Under the pieces are notes generated by a model, which worked only from the letters and a program-made list of their open reading frames with translations, was not told the DNA's origin and did no database searches. A DNA stretch of 64,000 bases, from the IMG/VR virus record IMGVR_UViG_3300024262_006558, positions 324,595 to 388,594 of that record; one strand, written 5' to 3'. A program made the position numbers and the translations under genes. Positions 20,116 to 30,496 of the stretch are shown piece after piece (position 1 is the first letter of the stretch; each line of letters begins with the position of its first letter).

Positions 20116-21246
20116 TTATTTAGAAATAAAAATATATTTTTCAATATACTTTTTTTCTAAATCTGGACTTAGTTCTTGATATTGTAAAACTATATTATAA
20201 AGAGTCTTTTTATTGCTAAAAACACCCCCGTTTTCTATGCCTCCAAAATAAGCATCGCCCGTTTTTTTGACTTCAGAATAATCAAGCAATGCTTCTAAAG
20301 TTTTTTCTCCTAATTGCCATTGCGACAACAACTCACTTACAAAATTATCATCAGCATATCTTTTTTTTATGATTTCAGAAAAATATTCATCGTCCTCAAT
20401 AGGATCAAGTCCAAAGTGCATTGTTTTTTCAATTAAATCAGAAGCACGTCCTCTGAAACCATGTGAAATTAAAACCCAATCAAACTTTGACCAGCCCTTT
20501 TTTTCGGCCACAAACATAGTTAAGTCCTTAATTGTTTGCTTGTTCTTTATTCTTTTTTTCAAAGAAAAGCTTCCCAAGTACATATCAATATCATGTATAT
20601 TAAACGCCCCCAAATTATTTCCTCCTCCTCTTGGTTTTTCATTAGAAAAGAAAATATTCATATATTTGTTCACTAAATCATCATTAATGTAATCATTGTG
20701 TAATAATTCTTCAGCATAAGAAAAGTCTTCATGTATATTTTTTTCTACAAAACTTATAATGTTTTTCTTACATAATTTATGGTGGGTTATAATTATAGAA
20801 AAAATCTTACTTTTTTCACCAAAAGATAACGTATCAAACATTTTAATAAAATGAGAATCGCATCCATATAAACTTATATATGAATAAATAGGAGCGTTAG
20901 ATACATAATTAGGCATGAAAAACTGATTTTTAAACTTAAGCAAATCTACCTTTTTTAGTTGCCTACGCTTTATTACAACTCTCCAATTAATTACGTCTTT
21001 ATATTTTTCTATCAGATCCATAGATAATCCAGTAACCCCATTTGCTTTTGAATAACGTATCATATCAAATTCTGATTCAAACTCATCTATGTAGCTTGTT
21101 ATATCATTTACGTCAATATAAGGAGAAAAAACAGACCAATCAATTTGGTCAGCTTTTTCTCTTACACTGTTTATAGCAGCCCCATCTCCTAAGAGATAAC
21201 CTCCTATTCTTTTAGATAATAAGAATTTTTTATTTTTTTTTAACAT
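20116..21246 (-). CDS. Hypothetical helical-repeat protein
   Basis: 376 aa; IDWSVFS/INWRVV/FDWVLIS repeats. Confidence 0.5.
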   Translation of the reverse strand: MLKKNKKFLLSKRIGGYLLGDGAAINSVREKADQIDWSVFSPYIDVNDITSYIDEFESEFDMIRYSKANGVTGLSMDLIEKYKDVINWRVVIKRRQLKKVDLLKFKNQFFMPNYVSNAPIYSYISLYGCDSHFIKMFDTLSFGEKSKIFSIIITHHKLCKKNIISFVEKNIHEDFSYAEELLHNDYINDDLVNKYMNIFFSNEKPRGGGNNLGAFNIHDIDMYLGSFSLKKRIKNKQTIKDLTMFVAEKKGWSKFDWVLISHGFRGRASDLIEKTMHFGLDPIEDDEYFSEIIKKRYADDNFVSELLSQWQLGEKTLEALLDYSEVKKTGDAYFGGIENGGVFSNKKTLYNIVLQYQELSPDLEKKYIEKYIFISK

Positions 21247-21248
21247 TA

Positions 21249-21614
21249 TTAGTCTAAACTTAAATGATGGTTTAATACATAAAGCGACTTGCTTATGTTG
21301 TCAACAATATCACATAAATCATCATTATCAAAATCTTCTCTTCTAACTAAGAACGACTTGATCTCTTTTACTTTTGTAATAAGATCACCAATTTCAAAAT
21401 CCTGCTTAACTGTAATTGTTAATGTTGGACTCGGAGTCAACCTCTTAGCAAACTTGCCTTGAAACACTTCCACGAATTCATCCACACAAGGCCTTATCTC
21501 ATCTAGAGCTTGATCTGTATATTGATGCTCTGTGTGCTTATGAGTATTCCAATGAGTAACTTGTAACTGGTTAACTACTGTAAGTAAATTACCTAAAATA
21601 TCTTCAACTTTCAT
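21249..21614 (-). CDS. Ferritin/Dps-like protein
   Basis: QLQVTHWNT...EH...DEFVEVFQG. Confidence 0.7.
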   Translation of the reverse strand: MKVEDILGNLLTVVNQLQVTHWNTHKHTEHQYTDQALDEIRPCVDEFVEVFQGKFAKRLTPSPTLTITVKQDFEIGDLITKVKEIKSFLVRREDFDNDDLCDIVDNISKSLYVLNHHLSLD

Positions 21615-21631
21615 TTTTTTTTATTTATAAA

Positions 21632-22729
21632 TTAATAATCTTCTTCTGGATTTAAATCCTCTTCTTCTAGCGACTCTCCACATACTTCGTCTCCTTCTGA
21701 TAGATATTTTGCCTTCCATTCAATATCATCTATATCATCTTCATATTCTTCAGTATCATTGTGAAATCCAGCAGCACCTCTCTTAGACTCATCATCATAA
21801 GATGAAGGTATCTCTCCAAGTTTTTTTAACTCTTCAGCTACTTTGTCCATATCCTTTCCTTTGATAACTATCTCGGCAAAGAACTCTTTACAATGAGCAA
21901 GTGTAAACATGTCAGTAACTTCAACCATTCTCTTTAAGTCAAATTTATTAACATCGTCTTCAATGAATTTGCTTTCAAAGAACCTCTTTCTAACGCTAGC
22001 TTTTGGATATCCAATTTTTATCCTTTTATCAAACCTACCTGGTCTATTAGCTACTCTTTTAGCTAATTTTTCTGGATAGTTAGTTGTGGCAATATAAGCC
22101 ACGTTTTCAATCTGATTGATTCCATCTAAAAGATTAAGGACCATTTTTTCATACCCTCTATCTCTTACTAAATCATCAATATCTTCTATGATTGCAATAA
22201 CTGGACGATCTGGCTCAATCTTTCTAAAAATAGTGGAAATGAAATCACTATATTTCCTAAGCGTGTCGGGATCTTCTATTGAAAATAGAACTCCATTCCT
22301 GTTTTCAACTAAATCTTTAACTAATAGATTAATTACACAACTCTTACCTGATCCTGGAGGTCCATAAAGTAAAACCCCTCTTTTGTGAATGAAGTTATAT
22401 CTATCATATTGACTTTTAAGGTCCCAGAAGCTTTTTACATCTTCTATAACTTCTTTAATTTCTTCGCTAGATAAATCGATTAATTCATCAGTATGAATCT
22501 CTTTCTTTTGAAGATAAGGACCTCTGTTTCTAGATATTTGTATTGTGTAATACCCTGGAGGTATCTCGTTTACAACTTTTGGCTTATTAATTGGAAAAAA
22601 TACTTCCCCATCTTTCTGTTCTTCCCATCTACAAAAACCTTCTATGAAATCTTTTTCTTTTTTTTCATTTTCAGAAACAGCCTCTTCTAAAACTTTACCC
22701 ATAACCTCTTTTAGTTCATCGTTTTTCAT
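21632..22729 (-). CDS. AAA+ ATPase
   Basis: GPPGSGKS, IIEDID, TTN, RPGRFD. Confidence 0.9.
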   Translation of the reverse strand: MKNDELKEVMGKVLEEAVSENEKKEKDFIEGFCRWEEQKDGEVFFPINKPKVVNEIPPGYYTIQISRNRGPYLQKKEIHTDELIDLSSEEIKEVIEDVKSFWDLKSQYDRYNFIHKRGVLLYGPPGSGKSCVINLLVKDLVENRNGVLFSIEDPDTLRKYSDFISTIFRKIEPDRPVIAIIEDIDDLVRDRGYEKMVLNLLDGINQIENVAYIATTNYPEKLAKRVANRPGRFDKRIKIGYPKASVRKRFFESKFIEDDVNKFDLKRMVEVTDMFTLAHCKEFFAEIVIKGKDMDKVAEELKKLGEIPSSYDDESKRGAAGFHNDTEEYEDDIDDIEWKAKYLSEGDEVCGESLEEEDLNPEEDY

Positions 22730-22765
22730 ATCACAAATTTATAGATAAAAAACAAGACAAACAAT

Positions 22766-22792
22766 AAAAACCCTATAATTTATAGGGTTTTT
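22766..22792 (-). terminator. Rho-independent terminator
   Basis: aaaaaccctata-att-tatagggttttt. Confidence 0.7.
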
Positions 22793-22795
22793 ATT

Positions 22796-23524
22796 TTATG
22801 ATAAGAAGAAATCTAATAACCCTTCCGAGGTTTTCTTTTGTTTAGACAAAACGCAATCAATAGACATCTTTTCTCCAGGCTTTATGGTAGCATATGTTAA
22901 TTTACCACCTTTATAACATCCAGTGTCTATATTAATCTTATTAAATACGGTCATATATCCGCAGGCAATATGTCCAAAAAAATGGGATGGATGAATAAGT
23001 GAAGCCTCTTGTTTCAAAAAAGAGAAAAATATTTCGATCTCTTTAATGTAAGCACTTTCTCTATCCGACATCTTTTTAGTTTTCTTGTTCACCTTCCTAT
23101 AAAAGAATTCAACAATTTTATCAACAATAGATTCTGCTCCAGGCATTTTAGGATACATTACATGTTGCTGATACTTCAAACTTTTACCGTGAAGCTTGCC
23201 GATGTATTTATTTCTACATGGAGCATGAGTAACTACAAACTCTTTATGTATATAAAATGATTTAGCATTTTCAACAAGCTCAAAGAACTTTTCTCTTAAC
23301 TCCTCATCATCTTGTAATAAAAGAACTGTGTCAAAGTAGTTCTCAATCAATCCAGGCTCAACAGATTTAGCTGGTATAATACCTTTTAAATATTTGTAAA
23401 CCCAGTTCTCATGATTTCCTACAGTAAGAAAGAACCATTCTTGGTTATTATAAATAAATTCTATAACACCTCTAGAGTCAGGCCCTTTATCTATCCAATC
23501 ACCTAATAATAATATTTTTTTCAT
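22796..23524 (-). CDS. C-terminal half of a split Pnkp-like metallophosphoesterase
   Basis: Starts at motif II LGDWIDKGPDS; GNHE, THA, FGH, IDTG; lacks GDIHG. Confidence 0.8.
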   Translation of the reverse strand: MKKILLLGDWIDKGPDSRGVIEFIYNNQEWFFLTVGNHENWVYKYLKGIIPAKSVEPGLIENYFDTVLLLQDDEELREKFFELVENAKSFYIHKEFVVTHAPCRNKYIGKLHGKSLKYQQHVMYPKMPGAESIVDKIVEFFYRKVNKKTKKMSDRESAYIKEIEIFFSFLKQEASLIHPSHFFGHIACGYMTVFNKINIDTGCYKGGKLTYATIKPGEKMSIDCVLSKQKKTSEGLLDFFLS

Positions 23525-23592
23525 ATTTATAATAGTGTTTAAAAACGCTAGTTTATATTAAAACGTAGTATTATATAAAATGTTGCAAAAAA

Positions 23593-24624
23593 ATGGGAAA
23601 AAGGTGGAATAAAAAAGAAGAAGAATTTTTAAAAGAAAACTATCCTACTCAAGGACTAGAGTATTGTCATAACAAATTAGATAGAAATAAAAAGTCTATA
23701 ATATGTAAAACGAATAAATTAAACCTAAAATTAGAAGATAAGGTTAAATCTAAAATTCTAAAAAAGTTTCGCATTAAAGATGTGAAAGAGTATAAAATAA
23801 ACCCAAATCAATTCTTTAATATCAAATCTAAAAAAGTTGCTTATTTTTTAGGTTTTTTATGGGCTGATGGACATATAACCAAAACTGGGTATAATATTAA
23901 CATAGAAATTAAAAAAGAAGACATGAATTATGTTAAGCCTATATTTGATTCGTTAGGTATATGGGGATACTATGAAAGAAATCGAAACAATTGGGCTACT
24001 CAATCTAAAATAAGTACAAACAATTATCATATACACAAATTTTTAAAAGAAAATGATTACCATATTAAATCTTATGAATCTCCAGATAAAATTTTATCTA
24101 AAATACCTGAATATTTAAAACATTATTTTTTTAGAGGATGGAGTGATGGAGATGGTTGTTTCATAAGTAATCATAATTATCACAATTTTGTTTTAACTGG
24201 TGATAAGTCTCAAAAATGGAATGCAACAAAATTTTTAGTGCAAGAGTTGGGTATTAAAAATTATAGGATAATAATAAATGAGAATAAAAAAAGTTCCTCT
24301 TCATATCTGAAAATATCAAATAAAAAAGATATAGCACTTTTAGGAGATTACCTTTATCAAGGATTCAGTAAAGATAAAATAGGATTACCTAGAAAATATC
24401 ATACATACGAAACAATAAAGGAAAAATCTTCCAAAACTAGATACCTCACACCAGAACAAAGAAATAAAGCAATAGAAAATAACTTAGGAGCAAAAAATCC
24501 AGCTTACAAAAATGTTAATGTTGGTGTGATTACGGAAATGAGAGAAAAAGGTCAAACTCTCCAAAATATAGCTGATCATTTTAATGTTAGCATTTGGACT
24601 ATAAGAACAAGGTTAAAACCTTAG
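23593..24624 (+). mobile_element. LAGLIDADG homing endonuclease inserted antisense in the phosphoesterase gene
   Basis: AYFLGFLWADG and FFRGWSDGDG. Confidence 0.85.
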
Positions 24625-25151
24625 GAGTTATTAACTCCTAAAATTTTATTGTTTACCATATCGATCTCAAACCCATTTTTAACTAATGCTTCTTTAAACT
24701 CTTCTAAGCATCCATGAATATCCCCGACAACAATCCACTCTTTTGTTTCATCTAATTTATGAGTCAACAAAGTTTCATGTGATGTAGAAACTATTTCATT
24801 ATCGATATCCTTTATGAAAATCTCAATCTCTCCTTTTTTCTTAGAGTTCTTTCCAGAAAGTAAAGCCTCATCAAATATCAAAGAAACTAAGTTGTAGTTA
24901 TTTCTATCCGCAATACTTTTGATACCTTTTTTTGTTAAACCATCTTCAGCAATTACAAAATAAGTATTCTTAGGATATTCGGTTGATTTCTCAATCTCAT
25001 CCAAATCACCTAAAATAACAACAGAAGAATCATCTAATGATTTTAATGCTGGATGCAGACGATCTTTTACGAAAGTATCTCTTTCTACATCTGTAGCTCC
25101 AACTAACATTATGATGCTGTGTACTGGAATATCGATTTTTTGTTTCTTCAT
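24621..25151 (-). CDS. N-terminal half of split Pnkp-like protein (degenerate kinase plus GDIHG motif)
   Basis: IPVHSIIMLVGATDVERDTF resembles Pnkp kinase start with a dead P-loop; ends VGDIHGCLEEFKEAL. Confidence 0.75.
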   Translation of the reverse strand: MKKQKIDIPVHSIIMLVGATDVERDTFVKDRLHPALKSLDDSSVVILGDLDEIEKSTEYPKNTYFVIAEDGLTKKGIKSIADRNNYNLVSLIFDEALLSGKNSKKKGEIEIFIKDIDNEIVSTSHETLLTHKLDETKEWIVVGDIHGCLEEFKEALVKNGFEIDMVNNKILGVNNS

Positions 25152-25183
25152 AGTTATATTTACCTTATAATAATATAACGTTA

Positions 25184-25606
25184 TTATTCACCCTTTTGTT
25201 GCTTCTTGATGTCTAATTCTTTTTCTCTGATCTCTTCATACAACTTTTCCAGGAACGCATTCTTCTCAAAAGTTAATATAGATGTTGTGAAACCATCTAT
25301 CTTATCAAAGTCAGTTGGTTGATCAACCGAGTGAAGCGGGATGTTTATTAAAGCAGCTTGAATCTCTTCTATTGTAAAAGTTTTCTTTTCTTTCTCTGGA
25401 TCATGTCCATATAATCCACCACCTCTTTTTTTAAGAGTGTTTTCGCATTGTATTATTGCGTGATCCATACCCTCTTCAGGCATAGTTTTATAGTCACCAT
25501 GCATTTTTTTAAAAAACGATTGTTCCTTTTCCGTACAATAAAATAAGAGGTTACCCAAAAGTGACCTCTTATATTCTTTTACTTTTTCTAATGTCTTGCT
25601 TTTCAT
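25184..25606 (-). CDS. Hypothetical protein
   Basis: 140 aa ORF. Confidence 0.55.
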   Translation of the reverse strand: MKSKTLEKVKEYKRSLLGNLLFYCTEKEQSFFKKMHGDYKTMPEEGMDHAIIQCENTLKKRGGGLYGHDPEKEKKTFTIEEIQAALINIPLHSVDQPTDFDKIDGFTTSILTFEKNAFLEKLYEEIREKELDIKKQQKGE

Positions 25607-25663
25607 TTTTAATTGTATGAAATTTGTTGATACGTGTTACTTCCTACAACTATATCAACAAAT

Positions 25664-26614
25664 TTATTTTTTGAAAAATGTGTCAGCATGAACAAATCCC
25701 ATCCCAAGTCTTGTAGCTGTCGTTTTATCACTGGTCTGGTCTCCTACGAAAATACTGTTTTCAATGTCTATCTCATCACGCATCACATATTTCATAACCA
25801 TACCCATTTGTGGCTTTCTACAATAACAAGAAGGTGGAACATTATGTGGACAATAAGATATTTCGATGTCAATACCAAGTTGTCTATTAGTTTCTTCAAA
25901 ACATTCTATAATGTCTTCTTCAGGTATATTATTTCTATCGATCCCACTTTGGTTGGAAATACCATAAACTTTATATCCCTTGGTAATGAAGTCTTTGATT
26001 ATTTCTGTTCTATTTTCAAGAACAACAACTTCATCTGTTTTGATTGGGAACTTATAAGGTGAACCATCAGGGACATCTCTTACTGTACCATCATAGTCCA
26101 GAAATAAAGCTTTTTGAGTAAATCTTTGATTGTATCTTCTGACAAACTTTCTTTTTTCGATGTTAGAAAACCCTTCTTTCAATTCGGGTTTTTCAAATTG
26201 TTTTTTCATTTTAAAAAGAACAACAATTGGAAACATGTTAGGATCTTTTGATGCTTCTTTATGGTCAGCAATGTCTTTTGCCACCATAAATAATTCACCA
26301 TATCTATCCCACATCCGAGTTAATGCATTGATTTGACAATCTTCTGTTGTGGTAGTCTGCCAAACACATTCGATCTCTACATTGTTTTTGATAGCTAACT
26401 CAATAAATGGTTCTCTAGAAACCTTAGTAGTAAAAGTAGCATCTAAAATAACAGAATTATCATCGTCTATGTGTTTTTGTAGTTCTGGTAATAGGTCAGC
26501 TATAAGACCGCCTGAAACATCCCTACTTAATATATCTAATGATTCGTATTTTGCTTCTTTACAAATACTAGATTTCCCACTTGCGGGGAAACCGCATAAC
26601 ATAGTTATTTTCAT
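25664..26614 (-). CDS. Polynucleotide 5'-kinase / HAD 3'-phosphatase (PNKP-like)
   Basis: GFPASGKS, LSRD, ILDAT; DYDGT, SNQ, CYCRKP, FVGD. Confidence 0.85.
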   Translation of the reverse strand: MKITMLCGFPASGKSSICKEAKYESLDILSRDVSGGLIADLLPELQKHIDDDNSVILDATFTTKVSREPFIELAIKNNVEIECVWQTTTTEDCQINALTRMWDRYGELFMVAKDIADHKEASKDPNMFPIVVLFKMKKQFEKPELKEGFSNIEKRKFVRRYNQRFTQKALFLDYDGTVRDVPDGSPYKFPIKTDEVVVLENRTEIIKDFITKGYKVYGISNQSGIDRNNIPEEDIIECFEETNRQLGIDIEISYCPHNVPPSCYCRKPQMGMVMKYVMRDEIDIENSIFVGDQTSDKTTATRLGMGFVHADTFFKK

Positions 26615-26662
26615 TTCAGCACTTTTTATAAGGTTTCAAAATTAAGTAAATAATGTTTCACA

Positions 26663-27643
26663 TTACATCTCTTCTATTTTATCTAAAATAGTTTCAGCAA
26701 TTGACCTAACCTCATAAGGTAGTTTGTTATCAAATACACTGTACGCCATTGGGTGCGTATCAGTCACGGTAACATGATCAATACCTCCACTATCAATAAT
26801 TCTAGCTAAAGAATTCTGAGGGAAAATACCATGAGTGGCAATTGCATATACATGTTTAGCTCCAGCTTCTTTGTATGCTTTACCCGCATTTATAAGACTT
26901 CCCCCAGTACGAATCATGTCATCATATATAACAACATTCTTACCCTCAACGTCTCCGTACACCGCCTTAACTTCAGTCTCTGTACCAGATATCCTTTTCT
27001 TCATTATATAAGCGGCATCAACACCCATCTCGCCAGCAAGCTTTTCAATTTGCTTAGCCCTACCTGAATCAGTTGACGCGAACACAAAATCATTACCACC
27101 TATTTTCTGAGCCGCATCCTTTATGATATGATCACATCTAATTTGTTTAACAACAGTGCTTCCTTCGAAATAATGAGTTAATCCATCAACATGAAGATCA
27201 AACAAGTAAATAGTGTTTCTGTTTGATTGAGGTATACAAGAAAGTATTCTGGCCCTTGTTTTTGCTTTAACTACTTCTCCATCTTTTACTGCCCTCTCCA
27301 TTGTAGAGTAACTGAAATAAGGAATGAATAAAGTAAGTGTATGAGCTCCATTCTTTACGGCAGCACATGCAAGATCATATATTTCCATAAGATCCATATC
27401 ATGAGGAGTCCCTCCTATAATAATAACATCTTTGTCATCTACATTAGTTGCTAATCTATGATAAGTTTCCATATCAGGAAATTCTTTCACTTCTACAGTT
27501 CCTTCAACTAGTGAATCAAACAATTTACTTGCTTCAGGATTCTCGTCAATAATTGGAGCATATACCTCATCTCTAGTTTGAAGAACTAACTCTAAAAGAG
27601 AAGCATAGTTTTTTGTGCTGAATATAATTTTTTGTCTTTCCAT
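26663..27643 (-). CDS. prs: Ribose-phosphate pyrophosphokinase family protein
   Basis: EFPDME, PYFSYSTMER, DLH, DSGR, KKR, YDDMIRTGGSL, ATHG. Confidence 0.9.
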   Translation of the reverse strand: MERQKIIFSTKNYASLLELVLQTRDEVYAPIIDENPEASKLFDSLVEGTVEVKEFPDMETYHRLATNVDDKDVIIIGGTPHDMDLMEIYDLACAAVKNGAHTLTLFIPYFSYSTMERAVKDGEVVKAKTRARILSCIPQSNRNTIYLFDLHVDGLTHYFEGSTVVKQIRCDHIIKDAAQKIGGNDFVFASTDSGRAKQIEKLAGEMGVDAAYIMKKRISGTETEVKAVYGDVEGKNVVIYDDMIRTGGSLINAGKAYKEAGAKHVYAIATHGIFPQNSLARIIDSGGIDHVTVTDTHPMAYSVFDNKLPYEVRSIAETILDKIEEM

Positions 27644-27647
27644 AATA

Positions 27648-28022
27648 TTATAATAATTTTATAATGTCAAATTTATATATAAAGTGATTAACAGCCAAGA
27701 ATATTAATAATAATATACTCAGTATAGCATCTATTTTAAACGCTTTGTTCTTTGGTACAATATATCCTAATCCTATAAGAAATAAAAACCATGGCCATTG
27801 AAATGTGAACATTCCTAATGCTGTCCATAAAATATAACAAAACTGTAAAATTATGAAGACAGCCGCTTTTTGGCTAACTTTATTAGGATCTATCTCTTTT
27901 TCATTTAATACCTTAGTTAATTCTTTAGCTTTTAAAGCATCACCATTCAAGTTAAATAATACGGTGAACTCCCAAGCTAATGGAAATACTATTAATAAAT
28001 AAAATATATTAATCATGCCCAT
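27648..28022 (-). CDS. Membrane protein
   Basis: Several hydrophobic segments. Confidence 0.6.
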   Translation of the reverse strand: MGMINIFYLLIVFPLAWEFTVLFNLNGDALKAKELTKVLNEKEIDPNKVSQKAAVFIILQFCYILWTALGMFTFQWPWFLFLIGLGYIVPKNKAFKIDAILSILLLIFLAVNHFIYKFDIIKLL

Positions 28023-28224
28023 TTTCTTTTAAAATTTTAGTGCATAACACTTCTATCTTTTTAAGATTTTTCATTTCATCTTCAGGAATTTCTCCAGAAT
28101 CTCCCAATCGATAATCTACACACATTTTTTCTAAATGCCAAACAAAGTCCAAAAATCCTTCTTCATTCATTTGTAAAATACTGTCAAATAGTTCTTGTTT
28201 AGAACTGTCAATGTATTCACTCAT
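28009..28224 (-). CDS. Hypothetical protein
   Basis: 71 aa ORF in operon. Confidence 0.5.
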   Translation of the reverse strand: MSEYIDSSKQELFDSILQMNEEGFLDFVWHLEKMCVDYRLGDSGEIPEDEMKNLKKIEVLCTKILKENGHD

Positions 28225-28228
28225 AACT

Positions 28229-28429
28229 TTATATTACTAAAGTTTTCTTAATTTCTTCATGAGTTGAAATTACCTCTTCCTTGGAAGGGCGTCTATTTCC
28301 TTTTTCACATAAAATCCTTCTTACCATTGAAGCTTCGATGGATATTAACTTATCCATCAAGTCTTCATTAGTATTGTCTTGCAATAATGCAACATATATT
28401 TTTTCCCACTTTTGTCTTAGTTTTTTCAT
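28229..28429 (-). CDS. Hypothetical protein
   Basis: 66 aa; start overlaps ligase stop. Confidence 0.5.
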   Translation of the reverse strand: MKKLRQKWEKIYVALLQDNTNEDLMDKLISIEASMVRRILCEKGNRRPSKEEVISTHEEIKKTLVI

Positions 28430-30486
28430 TAGAATAAACTTAATTGTTGTGATTGAGGCTCTTCATCCTCCTCTTCTGGCTCATCTGCAGGAGCAGCAAC
28501 GATTGCGTCAAAAGGGCCATACTTAGCTTCAAAATCTTTAGCATTCATTAAATTAGTTCCATAATTTCTAGCCTTAGACAATTTACCAGAGTTACCACTT
28601 ACATCAAGCGCTACAAGTATAGTAGTTTTCTTAGAAAGAGAACTCCCTAACTTTCCTCCTTTATCTTCAACTGCAGCTTCCCATTCAGGGTTTCTAAATC
28701 CTGTGAAGACAATTATTTCACCTTCTAATTCATCAGAACTTGCTTGTTGTTTCTGAGCTATAGTAATAGGAAGATCCTTTACAAACTCTTCATAATCAGA
28801 AAGTCCATTCAAATAGATGTCTACGCTTTTCTCAGCAAATCCACCAATCTTCAATAAAGCTTTCTTATCTAAAGCTACACCTTCTACCAATTCAAGCTTC
28901 TTACTTCCTAATCCTTCAAAGAATCCAGAAGCATGTTGTAGTTTGGCCAAAGTAACACCTTTCATTTTACTATGAATGCTTTTGTAGATAAGATCAGCTT
29001 TACGTTTTCCGAATCTATCAATAGACTCCATGTCTTTCTGAGACATTTTTAATATCTTAGGTACACTATCATACCCTGCATCAAAGAACGCTTTAATATT
29101 ACCCTCTCCAACACTATCAACATCAAGTATTTCAAAGAATGAAATAGCTTTTTGTAATAACTGATCCGAACAACCGCTATGGTTCGTACACATCAATTCA
29201 ATATTAGTTTCGTTCCAAGTTAATTCAGTACCACAACTAGGGCAATGAGTAGGAGTGTCTATATTAATATGATTACGAGTTTCAGCAAACTCTGCCACAG
29301 CCTTTTTATCAGTTGCTGGAGGAAGAGAAATTCCATCTATAGCTATCACTTGAGGTATTACCATACCACTTCTACGTACAGTTATTTCTTCACCAACAGC
29401 AAGGCCCATATTAATTAAGTAACGCTCATTGATACCTGTAACATTTTTTACCATGGCACCATCTAACGATACTCCAATAACTTCAATAATAGGTTTTAGA
29501 TAACCTTGCTTAGAAATATTTCTTTGTAATTTTTTTATCCTTGTGTCTTTTCTTTGCTCAAAATTATTTTTATAAGCTTTTGCAAAATGAGGATTATTGC
29601 TAGTATCTCTTCCTAACTCTTCTCTGAGATCATGGTCATTTACGTCAATGATAAGACCATCAATTTCATACTCAATACACCATTGATCAAATAAAGAAGC
29701 TAAATATTCTTCAGTCATTTCATCAACCGTAGCAACTTTATATGGAACTTGAACTTTGTTCATTTTGTTCAAACGATCCAACTGTTCTTCTTTAGATAAA
29801 GTAGTTTCTTTGTTTTTGTATTCCATACCATAACGGATATAGTCTACATCAACAAGTATAATATTAGGTTTGTCATCATTAAATTTTCCTCCAACCATAT
29901 TACGGCCATTAGCAAACCCTTTCTCCTCACCTAATGCTTCATGAGAGTATCTACTATCAAAAGTAGTCCTCTTCATTATAGCTTCTCCGAAACTATATAT
30001 TGGAACTGGCTTAGGATATATGTCACCCATTTTATCAAAGTGAGAATCAGAACATTGACCTTCAACACCATCACCTCTAGTCCAAGCTTGATTAGTTTCT
30101 TCATCTACACAAAGAGAAATTCCATCATATTTAGGAGTAAGTACAAACTTAGTACCTTTTGGAATCTTCTTAAGACGTAACCAATCTAATACATCTTGAT
30201 ATGACTTCATTTTATTCATTGAAGCCATTGTAATTGGAAGTTTAGATTTTCTATCACCATCAACTGTAAAACCTATTTGATGTGGATTAAACTCTAATGT
30301 TTCATCTCCTGGAGCTATCTTTCTCATCAGACCTTGTAGCTGCTCAATTTCTTCAAGCAATACATCAAATTCAGGATCAGACAAATCCGACTTACCTAAT
30401 TTTCTGTAGTCGTAATTACTTTTGATTGCTTTGGCAATTTTTTCCTGAAGTTTATTGCTAATAGTATAATAATCCATGTCTTCCAA
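28429..30486 (-). CDS. ligA: NAD-dependent DNA ligase
   Basis: SDPEFD, PKYDG, TRGDGVEG, EIDG, RSGMVIP, Zn finger CPSC, HhH, BRCT (FTG). Confidence 0.93.
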   Translation of the reverse strand: MEDMDYYTISNKLQEKIAKAIKSNYDYRKLGKSDLSDPEFDVLLEEIEQLQGLMRKIAPGDETLEFNPHQIGFTVDGDRKSKLPITMASMNKMKSYQDVLDWLRLKKIPKGTKFVLTPKYDGISLCVDEETNQAWTRGDGVEGQCSDSHFDKMGDIYPKPVPIYSFGEAIMKRTTFDSRYSHEALGEEKGFANGRNMVGGKFNDDKPNIILVDVDYIRYGMEYKNKETTLSKEEQLDRLNKMNKVQVPYKVATVDEMTEEYLASLFDQWCIEYEIDGLIIDVNDHDLREELGRDTSNNPHFAKAYKNNFEQRKDTRIKKLQRNISKQGYLKPIIEVIGVSLDGAMVKNVTGINERYLINMGLAVGEEITVRRSGMVIPQVIAIDGISLPPATDKKAVAEFAETRNHINIDTPTHCPSCGTELTWNETNIELMCTNHSGCSDQLLQKAISFFEILDVDSVGEGNIKAFFDAGYDSVPKILKMSQKDMESIDRFGKRKADLIYKSIHSKMKGVTLAKLQHASGFFEGLGSKKLELVEGVALDKKALLKIGGFAEKSVDIYLNGLSDYEEFVKDLPITIAQKQQASSDELEGEIIVFTGFRNPEWEAAVEDKGGKLGSSLSKKTTILVALDVSGNSGKLSKARNYGTNLMNAKDFEAKYGPFDAIVAAPADEPEEEDEEPQSQQLSLF

Positions 30487-30496
30487 TTGTTTATGT

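Noticed and set aside
23525-24624. Group I intron in the Pnkp-like gene
   Set aside because: The endonuclease is antisense, flanks are too short for a ribozyme core, and both halves have their own start/stop; not fully excluded without RNA data.
26663-27643. Complete NARP1 pathway
   Set aside because: No Namat/Nampt-like gene in this window; Prs cannot be assigned as Adps from sequence alone.
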